Program-made: the position numbers and the translations under genes
The notes under the pieces: model-generated
The model's database searches: none
What the model was told of the DNA's origin: nothing
What the model saw: only the letters and a program-made list of their open reading frames with translations
Assembly (NCBI GenBank): GCA_000002445.1
Contig: CP000068.1
Span: 1,088,001 to 1,152,000, forward strand
Origin: Trypanosoma brucei
Taxonomy: Eukaryota
Direction: 5' to 3'
DNA length: 64,000 nucleotides
Shown: in pieces, positions 43,601 to 55,028 of the stretch
Layout of the letters: the number at the start of each line of letters is the position of its first letter
How positions within the stretch are numbered: the stretch's first letter is position 1

Positions 43601-44049
43601 TACTGTTTAGTTTGCTGTACACGCGAGAGAAGAAACCAACTGAGTCATTACTACCAATGCCCTTGAGTTATCGATACTTTGCCAAGTCCCATGTGGACAC
43701 GACTTCAGTAGAGTTTATGCAGACAATAATGGCAAGACATCTCTCTGAATCCCCTGTGCTTACGTGTTTTGTGGCTGTGGCCGCAAGTTGTGTTCCACTT
43801 GTACTTCCCGCTATACAACAACAACTGCGGTTGAGGCCAGTTGATATCTTTAAAGATGCGGCTTCCTTCTATAGTGTACTGCAATCCCGAAAATCCGCAG
43901 CTAACCACGCACATGTCGCCGTGGTGCTGCTAGAAGATGAGTTAGAGGGAGAAAAGGGCATCAGTATTGCTGTGAAGTCGGAACACACTTCTTTAGCGGA
44001 GCTTCTGGCCCAAGAAATCGCAAAACTCTTGATGACGGCCACGTCGTAG
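40666..44049 (+). CDS. AP-3 adaptor complex delta subunit (delta-adaptin).
   Basis: The ORF has a true ATG. Its N-terminal 500 aa are collinear with metazoan AP3D1: 'MLGYSATYAAFNIIEVMADKMFGYKRIGYMAAC', 'NYVRKKAVLSLYRIFFEYPESLRPTYPRLKEKL', 'LARRNPASFLGLAVPFF', 'NWTLIKIIKVFGYFAPLEPRLGKKL', 'FVEDSDQNLKYLGLDAMSRMV' and 'FEWYVKIL'. The central acidic segment and the divergent C-terminal ear are also present. Confidence 0.92.
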   Translation: MTDATKMAGQLLFQNTLAEVVRKLRSSNESEAEVIEQCIADIKSEVTSTVQSVKVTAVLKAVYFSMLGYSATYAAFNIIEVMADKMFGYKRIGYMAACLTFTPKTEVLPLLTALLKRDLSSTNQYEVGFALYCISTVSSPDLARDLVVDVVNLLSHPRNYVRKKAVLSLYRIFFEYPESLRPTYPRLKEKLDSSSERCDNDPAVRGALVCVLCELARRNPASFLGLAVPFFSMLSTIQSNWTLIKIIKVFGYFAPLEPRLGKKLVDPIIRIVQTTGAKSVRYECILAVANGMSKTPSLTKIVAEELRVFVEDSDQNLKYLGLDAMSRMVRDNAKLLGGHRDVVLACLDDIDTTIRRKALEVLSGLVTKRNFVSTINNMMHRCVRLPPDEEWSNRVLATVIEVAQTDDYSYVQDFEWYVKILLDISLVNLSTYQHGALVQKELVTVLTRVNAVRQFGVNELSQLLSNTNLLKSDPSRSSQWEVLKAAAFLCGEYPYWLQDKRRTCELLLSERISLLKPEVQVVCVTAVGKIVAYMHKPCQRHLVLVNGEEEIPLPEDSLTFEELRASILQTEAITDSNGTAKVVGATGSISNRHDVERKNLLGLQLFRHSVHPDVQERASMILYQLNVDPDIGPLLYEQELLPVAIGAQEAVEPPEGLNLDEPFCSHLPAGLSPSDSEEDGAENDEDLYYVDGYDAIVAREQRRREEARRGEVAPFYIKNDALSRDQLSEELHSAVSAAPAPKTSTSFYVPQKSQVINRYLSRPKNYDAAAHGQRRIQDEDVDEATKKFRNVDVTRSLAPDERLPEPIPYGRLQQSATTEGTAAAAAAAAALDFMVDESFDPLVLLEEKYLRVTAFVLSCRVRKAGTQITMAVEISNLASSSSMRNVSLRFQPNNDNYTTERVRLEADKSQEAITGANRPKTGRGDNKNAVGEGGDGDKEVEESDRSIFVSKCMKGTTTLRTKMLLTFSGSLPPSLTEPLLFSLLYTREKKPTESLLPMPLSYRYFAKSHVDTTSVEFMQTIMARHLSESPVLTCFVAVAASCVPLVLPAIQQQLRLRPVDIFKDAASFYSVLQSRKSAANHAHVAVVLLEDELEGEKGISIAVKSEHTSLAELLAQEIAKLLMTATS

Positions 44050-45397
44050 TGGGTATTCCCACTCAAGCAAGACTTTGGTTGTTCCCTCTGATGGTGGCGG
44101 TGCTTATCTTTCTTGTTATTGGTGAAGTTGAAAAGAAAAATGGATGGAGGCATGTTGGCATGATTTTTTTTGTTTCTTGATATTACCCCGCTTGTGATAC
44201 TCGAGGTATTTGGTTTCAACTCCTCGTTCGCACACACCCTTTATTTTGCGATGGGAGTAACTGCTGTGTTTCTATCTTGGCTCATTCTTTTGTGTGTTTC
44301 TCCTTTTTCTGACGGATGGCCGCTGTAGTCATCTCATTACATCTTTTAACAAGTTTTTCATTATGTGTGGTGCTTGATTTGCTGATGCGTAAATTGTGAG
44401 TATTTTTTCTCGCATCGTTCCTTTTGGGTCTCACAAATAACGGCAAAAATCGATTGCACACGCAACAACAGCCGGTGTCTGATCCATTATTTGAGTTTCG
44501 AACCTCATCCGGCACCGGGCGTAACACTTAACGCTTTTTTGGTTGGTTGTTTGGTTGGTTCTGAGCGTGTCTGCGGAAGCGGAGGCGGGATGGTGAAATA
44601 TAAACCTCAAGTTCCCATGTGTGATACTGCTTCTTCCACTTACTCCCCGTTTATATTTGTTTTAATTTACCTTACTTTACCTTATGAATTCATTTCTTTT
44701 TTCTTTTTTTCCTTTGTTTCTTTTTTTTTTTAAAGCTTCATAGTGCTCTGAGGTGTGTACAGGAAGAAGACCCGTGAGGTTCTTCACACAATACGCCGAA
44801 AGTAATCCTTATTAATTTTTTTGTTTTGCCATTGCACTGTAGTTGCAACGGTGCTGAAAAGGCAGTAGGAGAGGAGCTATTCGGTGGTTTAGCCACTTTG
44901 ATTCTTCTACCATTTCCTTATACGGATTTTGCCCAGTGAAGAGGCGCGAAAACAAAGGGGGAAAAAAAGACAACAAGTAAAACGATTAGGAACGAAACGG
45001 TCCGTCAGGACGAAAGGAGAAAAGGAAATAAAAGTGAGAAAGAAATAGGGAAACAATTCAAGGAGAGTGTACGAAAGGAAACTCGCGGAAGAGTTTGTCA
45101 CCATTATATCTATTTTTATACAAAACAAACGAAGAAAGGGTGAAAATTCACCTGAAACGAAGGAAAACTGCAATTACAGGACAAGAAGAACTGTCCAGAA
45201 GTAGAGAGAAAGGAAAGGAAAAGGGGAAGTATCATATATATATCATTTCACAGCTTCTCTTCTTTTCCGTGAACCAACGGAAGTGAACGTTTGGGGAAAG
45301 CAAAAAAAAAAAAGAAGGGAGTGTAAGGGATCCCCCTTCAAAGAAAAAAAAAGGAAAAAAGAAAAGGGATCCAAAGTGTAGTGTTCACACATTTGTA

Positions 45398-46735
45398 ATG
45401 CAGTCGTCAAGTTTTGCTGGAACGGGGGTGTTTCCGCCCCCGCCAGCTTTCTTGCGAGGCAACAACTCCATTAGGACAGGAAAGCGAGTGGGGCGCCGTC
45501 ATCATCATTTCACTGATGAAAACGTTGTGGACCTTCGTAGTATTGAAACTGGAGTGGAATGCAGCACTCGTATGGGACACAGTCGCAGTAACACAGCAGC
45601 TGAAGATCCTCCATTGCGTGCGCGCCGTCGTATCCCACATGGCAGTAACCCACCAACAAAGATATTAGACTTTCTTTTCTTGGGTGGCGTTAGTGATGCA
45701 ACAAATCCTGAGTTCCTCCGACGTGAAAATATCGTGACCATTCTGAACGTCTCACGAGAAGAATATTGGTCTGTGGACAAGGGAATTACGATACATCCTT
45801 TTCCTCTAGAGGACAACGCGGAGGAAAACATCCGGAAGTTCTTCTCACACACCTACAGGCTGCTGGAGGCTGCGCGCAGTGCGTATTACAGCTCAAAAAG
45901 GCAATGCGAGCGGTCAACCTCAACAAATGACGCCGCCACCAATTCAAATCTCGATTACCACAACGGTAACGAGAACGGTAGCGGCTGTAGTGCAGGGACT
46001 AATGTTGTTAATGGTTACTGTGAGGGCAGTAACGGTGGTACTAGTAGTAATATTAACAACTCCATGAATGAAGCAACTGACAATTGTGCGATTAGTGCTT
46101 CTCCTGCCCGGCCGCCTTGTGTGCTCGTGCATTGCCGGTACGGCATCAGCCGCTCCGTAACGATTGTGCTTGCTTATCTCATGCGTCGTAACGGATGGTC
46201 CCTTAACGATGCTCTGCAATACGTCATGTGCCGACGACCGCATGTGGAACCCAACGTTGGTTTCATGAATGTTTTGCTTTCGTTTCAGCGGGATATGGAT
46301 CCACAGAAACGAGACATCCAACGAAACTTGCTTCCTATTGTAGTTCGGAACCTTCCCCCTAATACATCGTCGTCTGCCGTGCATAAATTCTTTGAAGACC
46401 GCGTTGGTTGTGTCCATAAAGTGGCCACTTTTCCATCTCGTGTTGCCGCAGGAAATTCGACTCGAGAAAATACTGATGGTAACAGCAAGGATATTAGTGA
46501 TGAGAGCAGCACCAGTGATTGTAATGATGAAATCAGTTCAGGTGCGATGTGGCTTGTGGTGTTTGCAACGCCGGACTCCGTACATTTGGCCCATCGTTTA
46601 TATCATAAGCAACCGGATTTCTTTGCGCCACTCGGTGTTAGTGAAGGGCGCCGCGTGAAATTAACAGCTCTGAGCAAACTTCATCGATCCCCACGTCCCA
46701 TCACTGGAGGGGAGTCGTTGGCTAATGAATCCTGA
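45398..46735 (+). CDS. Dual-specificity protein phosphatase with N- and C-terminal extensions and an Asn/Ser/Gly-rich insertion.
   Basis: The ORF has a true ATG. The catalytic P-loop is 'VHCRYGISRSVTIVLAYLMRRNGWSLNDALQYVMCRRPHVEPNVGFMNVLLSF' (HCxxGxxRS). The upstream 'ILDFLFLGGVSDATNPEFLRRENIVTILNVS' is the DUSP start, with the D-loop Asp in 'PLED'. Confidence 0.8.
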   Translation: MQSSSFAGTGVFPPPPAFLRGNNSIRTGKRVGRRHHHFTDENVVDLRSIETGVECSTRMGHSRSNTAAEDPPLRARRRIPHGSNPPTKILDFLFLGGVSDATNPEFLRRENIVTILNVSREEYWSVDKGITIHPFPLEDNAEENIRKFFSHTYRLLEAARSAYYSSKRQCERSTSTNDAATNSNLDYHNGNENGSGCSAGTNVVNGYCEGSNGGTSSNINNSMNEATDNCAISASPARPPCVLVHCRYGISRSVTIVLAYLMRRNGWSLNDALQYVMCRRPHVEPNVGFMNVLLSFQRDMDPQKRDIQRNLLPIVVRNLPPNTSSSAVHKFFEDRVGCVHKVATFPSRVAAGNSTRENTDGNSKDISDESSTSDCNDEISSGAMWLVVFATPDSVHLAHRLYHKQPDFFAPLGVSEGRRVKLTALSKLHRSPRPITGGESLANES

Positions 46736-46739
46736 ATTG

Positions 46740-49700
46740 GAAAAAAAAGAAAAAACTCGATACGAAACGAAAAGAGAAAGGAGGGAGGGGAAAAAAAAAA
46801 GAATATCACAAGGAAAGCGCTAACGGTGGAGTGGACGGTGATCACTGAATTTATAACATGATGCAAGCGGTGTATCACCCGCAAGCGGCAAAATTGACTG
46901 TGCGCTGAGAAAATCTTTCCTTTTCTTTTTCTTTTTCTTTTTTCGTATTTATTTCTGTTGTACTTCAACTCTAAGGGATATGGGGGTTATGTGTGTGTAT
47001 GTGTCTATGCGTGTGCGCGCGAAAATAGGGAAAAACTATAAAGGAGCAAATAGCATATGATCCACAGAAAAGAGGAAACGCGGGTTCAAAAGCGAGGAGA
47101 AGCGTGTGGGCAAGCAACCATTTGAAAGAAACAAAGTACGACAAGAAAAAATAAAAATAGAAACAAAATAAAATGGCCAAATAAGGGGGAGGAGGGAAAT
47201 CAGGGGAAATTAAATTTTATTTATCCCATGAAAAATTTGCGTGTCTATGAGACCGAAGTACATGCAAGTTGTTGTTGCTGTTGCTCTTTTTTTTTCTTTT
47301 TTTTGAAAACATGAGTGAATTATGAATGGAGAAAAGTAGGCGCAAGATGCGTGTGGCTGATTCGTGCCGACGTTTGTATTTTGTGTATCTTTACACCCGT
47401 TTCATATTTTAATGTTTGAAAATTAATTCTGTTTTCAGTTGATGAGGTGTCGTCTGTGTGGGCGTATATACCTTTCTCTTATCTGTTTTTCTTTTTTTTT
47501 TTTGAGAACAAAATGAAATGGAAAGATGAAACGAAAAAAAAAGAATTTTACAAACGGACGACAAAACAAACAACAGAACAACAATGGCAGCTGTTCACAA
47601 ACGCAAAAAAACACGATAAATAAACGGATGTTTAAGTGTGTGTGTGTGTGTGAGAGAGAGAGGTGGGGAAATGGAGAAAGTTAACGTGAGACGTAAAAAT
47701 GTAAATGGGGTGATGTCGAAGGGGATTATGAACGCCTCCATGCGTGGCTTTATTATTATTATTATTTATTTACTTATTTATTTTAGTTGTAATGACTGAG
47801 GGAATGGAGATAAATTTCACACCAGAGGATGATGGGAATATGAAGGAAAATAAATAAATAAATGAAAATATAAAGGGGGAAATGTGCAGCGGAATGGTTA
47901 ATTTGGATGGAAGAAATCGTAAAATGATAAAGAGAAAGAGAGAGAGAGAAAAGAAAACTTGATTAAAATAAATAAATGGAGCGAAACAAATAAATGATGT
48001 GCAATTCGAAATCCTCTACCTTCTCATTGTGTGAATTCCTTTTTCTCAACCATCTTCTTATTCACGTTTCTACCCCCTTTTTTTTTCATTGTTTTGTTTT
48101 TTCGTTTGTTCCTGTTCCTTTTTTGCCTTTTTTTTGTTTTCTGCTTTCTTGTATAAATGTCCGAAAGGCGGACAGGTGAGGGATGAGTAATGAAAACAAA
48201 AGGTAAACAAAACAACTTTATCATCATTACAATGTCATAAACACCAAAAATAAAATAAAATAAAAAAACACGCACAAACACAAATATTCAAGCGGGCAAT
48301 TAACCACGTGGAGTGATAAGGGCACATATAAAGATAGAAATATATATATATATATTTCTTTATTTATGTCTCTTTGTATTTGCGTGTGTGTGTTTTTTTT
48401 TGTTTTACTCGTGAGGTTTATATGCCCTTTCTTTTTTTTCTTTTCCGTCAGGTGATGGAAAACTCCTCCTGTGTTTATTATTGCTTCAATGTTGTGGTGT
48501 AAACATATTCGATATGTAAAAGCAAATACGTTCAGGTGTTTTCTTTTTCCCTCCTTCTTCTTTTTTCTTTCTGTCCATTTTCTTTTTTCTTCTTCTTCTT
48601 CTTTATATTTTTCTCATTTTTTTCATAGCAATGAAAATGATATGCGTGATGAAGAACATACAGTGCGAGAAGATGAAATAAGAAAAGAAAGGAAATGAAA
48701 AGAAAAGAAATGAGAGAAAATGTTCGGAAGTAAAAAAAAAACAACAAAAAATATTTTGTTTGTTTGTTTATTCCCCCACTCACAAACTGACGTTTGTCGG
48801 ACTTTCAATTTCCCCCATTTTTTCTTATTTTACGTGTGTTGCTGAACTCATATTTGTGATTTTTTATTATTACCATCACCATTACCATTTTTCTTTTATG
48901 TATGTTCGTTCCCGTATTTTATCCCCCATCTCCTTTCTTCTTTTTTCTTTTTTTCACTCCGTTGCGTTTTCTAATTTCTTTTTCTTTTTTAGGTCCGCTG
49001 CCGTCGGTGTTGTTTACTCGATGCTGCACCTCCGTTTCACAACACTTTTCTTCTTTCTGGGATGTCTCACCTTTTCCCTTTTTTTTTTATTTTAATAAAA
49101 AAAAAATAAAAATATCCCGCACTCCTTCCAATGGTTCCATTGATGTCTCGTTTATTTTTAAAGCGGGGCGTTTATTATTATTGTTATTATTATTATTATC
49201 TTTGATTTAAAAATTTTACTCATCTTTTTTGACAGCTTGGACTCCTCATTTACTCACACGTGCGTGTCCTTTTTGTTTTTTTTCTCCCTTCTTATTGTTC
49301 AATTTGATTTTTTCAATCTCTCTACGTTTTTGCTTTATTTTCCTTTTATTTTTATTTTACTGATCTTTGTTTTTCGGATTGTGTTGGTGGGAAGTGGTTT
49401 TTGTTTCTTTTTTTTTTTTTGTACGTCTGTTCTTGTAGTATTTCCCTCTCTTCTTCTTTTTTTTTCTTATTTGGTTTTACCATCAATTAATTATTTACTT
49501 CGGTCATTAATTCACTCCAACAATTATCCTTTCCTTCCTTCCTTCCTTCTTTGGTACCTTTTCTTTTTACCGTATTTTCATTTAATTGTGTTTTTTTTTT
49601 TGGAAAGGCCGAAGATTTTTTTTTTTTCCGCTCCCTCTTTTTTTTTTTTAGTTGGGTTTGTTCCGTGACAGAAATCTTTTTTTTTCTTTTTCTTCCCCTC

Positions 49701-52700
49701 CCCTTCTTTTGACCTAACAATAAAGAAAAGGAAAAAATAAAAATTATATATATATTTATATATTTATATATTTATATATTTATATGGTAAAGATGAATAA
49801 AATAAAATGAAATGAAAACAAAAAAAAGCAGAATGAAAAGTGATTCCACCTTTTACTTTCTTTCCTCTACAACATTTTTTTTAAAAAAATGGTAAAATAG
49901 CATTGTAAAAACGATAACATTTGATATTATTAATGTTGTTATCACTTTTAACATTATTATTATTATTATTATTTTCATTAGTGATATGAAATGATAAAGT
50001 AATGATTAATGCCATTACAAATTATCAGTTGTTATTGTTTTTCAAAAAAAAAGTCTTTTTTTTTCCTTTCCCTCCTTTTTTTTAAAAAATAATTATTTCC
50101 ATACAAATAATATTGTTTTGTTGTTTATTTATTTATGTGCATGTGCGTGTTTGTGTGTATTAATATCATTTAATTTATGATGCACCAGGGGAGGGGAAAT
50201 AACGTTTTTTTTTTTTAGTTGGATTTGTGCTGCGCCTCTCTCGAATTCACGCCGCCGCTATCATTTAATGTACGGCAGAAAAAATATATAAATAAATATA
50301 TATGAATATATAATTATATACCAGAAAAGAGGGGGAAAATTTTAAAAAAATGTTTATGGGTGAATGAATCGTTAATCAAAAGCACACAAAAAACAAGGCA
50401 TGATTAAGAGAGATTATATATATAATATATATATAATCATCAGTACTTGGTCACTTTTCTTTTTTTCTTTTTTATTCATTATGATTAATATTGTTTAATA
50501 TCTGTTTGTTTTGTTGTTGTTTTTTTTTTTCTTGCGTGCGCGTATGTGCGGCAAATGAAGAAATTAAAATAACCATCGTGAGAGATGAGAATTAAAGAAG
50601 GACAAAAAGACGAAAGAAAGTAAAGGAAAAATACATTTGTTTTTTTTTTATTAACAAAGGAAAAAAAAATCCTCGCGTTCATTTATTATTTAGTACGTGA
50701 ATAAACTCAAAGGTACCAATTCTTCGTGATGTATTTCTATATTTATTTCCTCCTTTTTTTTTCTATGCCTTTTTGTTTTTTCCAAAACTTCACGTGACCT
50801 TCTTTTTGTTTTTTTTGCTCTCTTTTCTGTCTTTTTTTTTTTTTTTGAAAAAAAAAACTCCCTTTTATTTATTTCTTTGGAAATGAAATGAAGAAATAAA
50901 ATAAATACATCAACAAATAAATAAATTAAATTGTGGATTAAATTGCTCAAGAGTGTAAAAGCGTCGGGAGCGCAATTATGTGTGCAGCTGAACGCAAGCA
51001 GGTTTGAAATGGAAAAAAAAAGACAGAAAAGAGTAGTAAATAAAATAAATAATGAAACTGAAGTAAAAGTGAACTGAAGTGAAAATGAAATGAAATGATT
51101 AGCCATTGGAACTTATAAAGAGGAGAAAAAAGAAAAAAAGGAGGGAAAGAAGGAAAAGAAAAAAAAGAAGTTTCCATTATATTGAATTATGCGAGAATAA
51201 ACTTGCAATTTTTATTTATGTATTTAAGTGCGTGTGTTGGTGGATTTTAAAATGTACGGCTGCGAAGCGGGTGGAAAACGAGCGGAAAGCAATAAATATT
51301 AAAGAAAAGAAAAGAGAGAGAAAAAAGAAGAGAGCACCGATTTCTCAAATAAATAAATAAATAAATAAATATATATATGTTTACCAAAATATGCACGAGA
51401 GAAAAGACATTTATAAGCGATTCCCCCAATTTAAATAAAAAAGGAAAATAGAAGGAGAAACTATCAACACACACACACGCACAGAGAGAGAGAGAGAAAG
51501 AGAGAGCAACAAACAAAGAAAGAAAATGTATATAATATTATTACTGTCGTTAGGAATGGAAGGATACAATTTTTTTAAAAATTTTTTTGTAAGTCTTTAT
51601 GTGTTTTAATGTTCCATTACGTGTTCTTGTTTGTCATATTTCCCCCCCCTCTTCCTCTTCTTACTTTTGGATTATTCTTTTTTGTATGATGAAAGGAGTA
51701 AAATACAAGTAGGAAGAGAAAAAAAATAAAAAAAACAAATAGAAGAAGAGAGGAAGTGAAATAATGGAAGCAGTAAAAAAAGAAAAGAAAAGAAAAGAAA
51801 AAAATTAAAATTCTTTTTCTGTTACTGTTTTTCCCTTTTCCGTTTTTTTTTTAATATGGACTCTCTCATCATTATCGCCTTCCCTCCTTTCCTTCTATAT
51901 TGATTTTTTTTGTACAATTCTATTGTTCTTCGTCTTCCTAAATATATTCTTACTTTTCTTTACTTTTTTACTTTTATGTTGTTCCATGCTCTTTTTTTTC
52001 CCCCTTTTTTCGTTTCATTCCACTGTTTCATTGTGCCGTGTCATATCACTTTTGCAATTTATATAAATATATATGAAATGATGGTTGCACGAGGGGATCT
52101 GCAATGGTAGTAACAATAAGTGTTTTTTTGTTTTTTTTTAAATAAATAAATAAATAAATAAATATATATATATATATATATGAAAGAATAAACTTGATGA
52201 AGGAAAAACTAGTTTTTTTTTGTGTGTGTGTGAGTGTGCGTGTTATGGTCAAATGAGTGTGAAAGGGAGGGGGAGGAGGAAATATTTTTAAATTACACTC
52301 GAGTGGATTTATAAATCAACAAATAAGTGGAGTTATTTGAAGAAGTGAACACTAAAAGAAAACGCGAGGATGTGGTGTGTATTGCGTCTTAACATAAATA
52401 TATGTGATTGCATGTTTTGTGTTTTTGTGTTTTTGTGTGTACATGTGTGTTTATATGCTTATCTCCTGTAAGCACAGAAAACAACGAATTGCAGAATGAT
52501 AAGTTTGTTCATTTATCTACTCGTTCATAACTGGGGGTCATGGCTACAAATATAAACATTTTATATTTTTGTTTGTTTGTATTTATACACATGTATGCAT
52601 TTTAGCGTAAATGTGTTTTGGCGCGTGCGCGTATCCATGAGGGGAAAATGTACACCAAAACATTTATAGTTAGAGCGAGTGAAAAGAAAAATTAGTAGAA

Positions 52701-53450
52701 AATTACAAAAATAAGGGAACATATATAAAAAAATAAAGATATATGTAGTAATAATAATTATTATTATTATATTGCTTTATCATTATATTATTTAATATTA
52801 TATTGTTATGAAGAGTAAAATCTTTTCAAATTATTTTTCTGAAGTGAAGAAGGGTCAAAAAGCAAACGATGCAACCCATTAAACACCATCGGGGAATTAA
52901 CCATTCCTTGTTTCTCTTTTTTTTGTTTTGTCTAGTAGGGAGTTGTTGGTGGTGAACGTTTCGAAACAAACCATATCTTTTTTTTTCTTTTTTTACTTTA
53001 TGTCCCACTTTACCTTTTTTTTTTGTTTTCTTCTCTCTGGTTTGTTACTCACCTGGCAATATGTGATGCACAGCTCAGCCGTGTTTTCACGCACAACTCC
53101 TTTTTTTTAAAAAAAAAAATGCATTCATTTGTATGAAGATCGCTGCTGATTTGTTGCTTCACTTTACGGGGGCATCAGCCTCATTTTATGTTACTCCTTT
53201 TTATTTTTTTTTTTATTATTCCAAATATGTCACATTGCTCTTCTTCCCTTTTTTTTTTTCTTCGTGTGTGTGTATGTTTGTTTCGAATTAAAATTTACCT
53301 TTTGTTACGTGTGACATTTCTCGTATTCTTCCAACTCTGGCGGAAGGAAGAGGAAACTGACGAAAAAAAAAAAAAGTGAAACCTCCCTCCCGTAGGTGCC
53401 TTATAGCGCTTGGGTGTGGAAATAGAAATACCGATAATTAGATTTTTAGA
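46740..53450. repeat. ORF-free low-complexity spacer of ~6.7 kb made of alternating purine-rich and pyrimidine-rich blocks with embedded microsatellites.
   Basis: Plus-strand A/G-rich blocks lie at about 46740-47700 and 50880-51540. Plus-strand T/C-rich blocks lie at about 47990-49700, 50400-50880, 51590-52060 and 52900-53390. Microsatellites include (TTATT)n at 47755-47785, (TTA)n at 49165-49200, (CCTT)4 at 49538-49553, (TTTATATA)4 at 49750-49790, (AAAT)6(TA)9 at 52139-52181 and (AT)n at 48343-48358. Homopolymer runs are frequent. The only ORFs translate to poly-F/L/K junk. Confidence 0.85.
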
Positions 53451-54686
53451 ATGGAAAAAGTAACGCCAACTTCCCTCGCCAACGCATTCCTCGCTACCGC
53501 TGGCATCAGTGCGCCGATGTCATCTTCTGGGATTCGTGGCTTGTCATTGAGGTCAGTTCGCGAAACTGTTCACTGCGCAACGACACAAACCACTTCAGCT
53601 CCACCTCCGCCTGCCAACTGCCAGCAACATCAGCTCCTTAACACAACGGAAGATAAATGCAACGCGATATTTGCAGAAGTGGAGCTCCTCAGCAAGTGGT
53701 TGCAACACGCCGTGGAGAGTCGAGCACATGTGGAACGTGAGGCCTACGCACTGCTGCAGCAGGCAGATGTAAAAATACAGCATTTGGAGGATACGGTACG
53801 TCAGAAAGAAATGGAATTGCTTTATATGAGGGGGGCAATGGAAAGTTTGAGGACGCGTGTGGAGTTTTATGAGTGCAGGGAAAGGAGAATTGAAGGTGAC
53901 GATGATGATGCTAATTTTCCTCTTCGACGTGAAGCAGATTTCAAGGGTGCTGCGGTGAGAAAGGTGGTTATAATGGGGGAGAATAACACAAACGATAGCT
54001 ATTGCAGCAACCGTATGGGTAGAGGAAATGGTGTAATGTCCCCTGCTGATTTTACCGTGGACTCGACGGAACAATTAAATGCAGGCAAATGCGTCGACTT
54101 GGGTACCACCGCCACAACTTGCAACAGTAACGGAGTTGATAATGCCAGTGTATCTTCTCCCGCAGAAACTGGAGTTGGAGGCCGGTCTCGTGTAGGTCAT
54201 AGCGCACTAAGTTGGGTGAGATATCTTTTAGAGCGCTGCGTTTCCAATAGCGGCAAAGACGGTGCGAGTGAAGGTGCGGCGTCGATGAAGAAGAAAGGAG
54301 AAGGAAATGACCAACTGGCCGATGCGCTAACGATGCTGACAACTTTACAGTGTCAGTATGCTGACCCTAACGGTGATCTTGTGATGATGAACTCCCTTTG
54401 CACAAAGTTCTCGAATTCCATCGTAGCCGTGGCAGAGGAGCTAAACACAGCGCTTCAGATACCGTTGAAGCGGGCCTCAAACACAACTGATTCTCTGCAA
54501 ATATCGCAAGCTGCTAAAGTTGTTGAACACCCCGAGTCCGCGGCAGAGGCGTTACCATCGTCGAATCAGGAGCCGATAATGCAATGTAGAAAATCAGTTG
54601 TGGAGGAAAATCTTCAGCTCCTGCAAAGTTTGATGGCAGTGGAATCATCATCACGGGAGGCGTGGAGTACCCTCCAGAAATATTGA
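53451..54686 (+). CDS. Hypothetical protein with an N-terminal coiled coil.
   Basis: The 411-aa ORF has a true ATG. 'KWLQHAVESRAHVEREAYALLQQADVKIQHLEDTVRQKEMELLYMRGAMESLRTRVEFYE' is heptad-like. The rest is Ser/Ala/Gly-rich. Confidence 0.45.
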   Translation: MEKVTPTSLANAFLATAGISAPMSSSGIRGLSLRSVRETVHCATTQTTSAPPPPANCQQHQLLNTTEDKCNAIFAEVELLSKWLQHAVESRAHVEREAYALLQQADVKIQHLEDTVRQKEMELLYMRGAMESLRTRVEFYECRERRIEGDDDDANFPLRREADFKGAAVRKVVIMGENNTNDSYCSNRMGRGNGVMSPADFTVDSTEQLNAGKCVDLGTTATTCNSNGVDNASVSSPAETGVGGRSRVGHSALSWVRYLLERCVSNSGKDGASEGAASMKKKGEGNDQLADALTMLTTLQCQYADPNGDLVMMNSLCTKFSNSIVAVAEELNTALQIPLKRASNTTDSLQISQAAKVVEHPESAAEALPSSNQEPIMQCRKSVVEENLQLLQSLMAVESSSREAWSTLQKY

Positions 54687-55004
54687 AGCAAATGTGGAGA
54701 TGTGTTTGTCTCTAGTCGCTGGATTCATGGAGAAAGTTTCATGTGCCGCTTGTCGTCATTGCTTTTAGCAGTGATAATAAGGGGCAGGTGTTTGTTTGGG
54801 CATAGAGCTTGGGCACATGGCGTTTTCTGGGGTTTAACACCGTGAGAAAATGGCAAATGCGGCGGGTAATTTTGCTTTATTCTATTTTGCTTCACTTTTC
54901 GATACGTCGCGTGGAGGGCCCCCCCCCCTAACCGGTAGCCGTGTAAAACCAACAAGTAGCGATCCGCATCACCCAATACGCATTCACGCATATATGTATT
55001 TTTC

Positions 55005-55028
55005 ATATATATATATATATATATATAT
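55005..55028. repeat. (AT)12 microsatellite.
   Basis: The repeat is read directly from the sequence. Confidence 0.9.

Noticed and set aside
44470-44530. A 'ttcgaacc' string resembling a tRNA T-loop.
   Set aside because: The flanking bases do not form a T-stem or an acceptor stem on either strand. No A-box is present. It is not a tRNA.
48760-51177. ORFs in the low-complexity spacer (48760-49095, 48902-49210, 49237-49668, 50690-51106, 50947-51177).
   Set aside because: Their translations are poly-Phe/Leu/Lys/Ser generated by T-rich or A-rich simple sequence. They are not coding.
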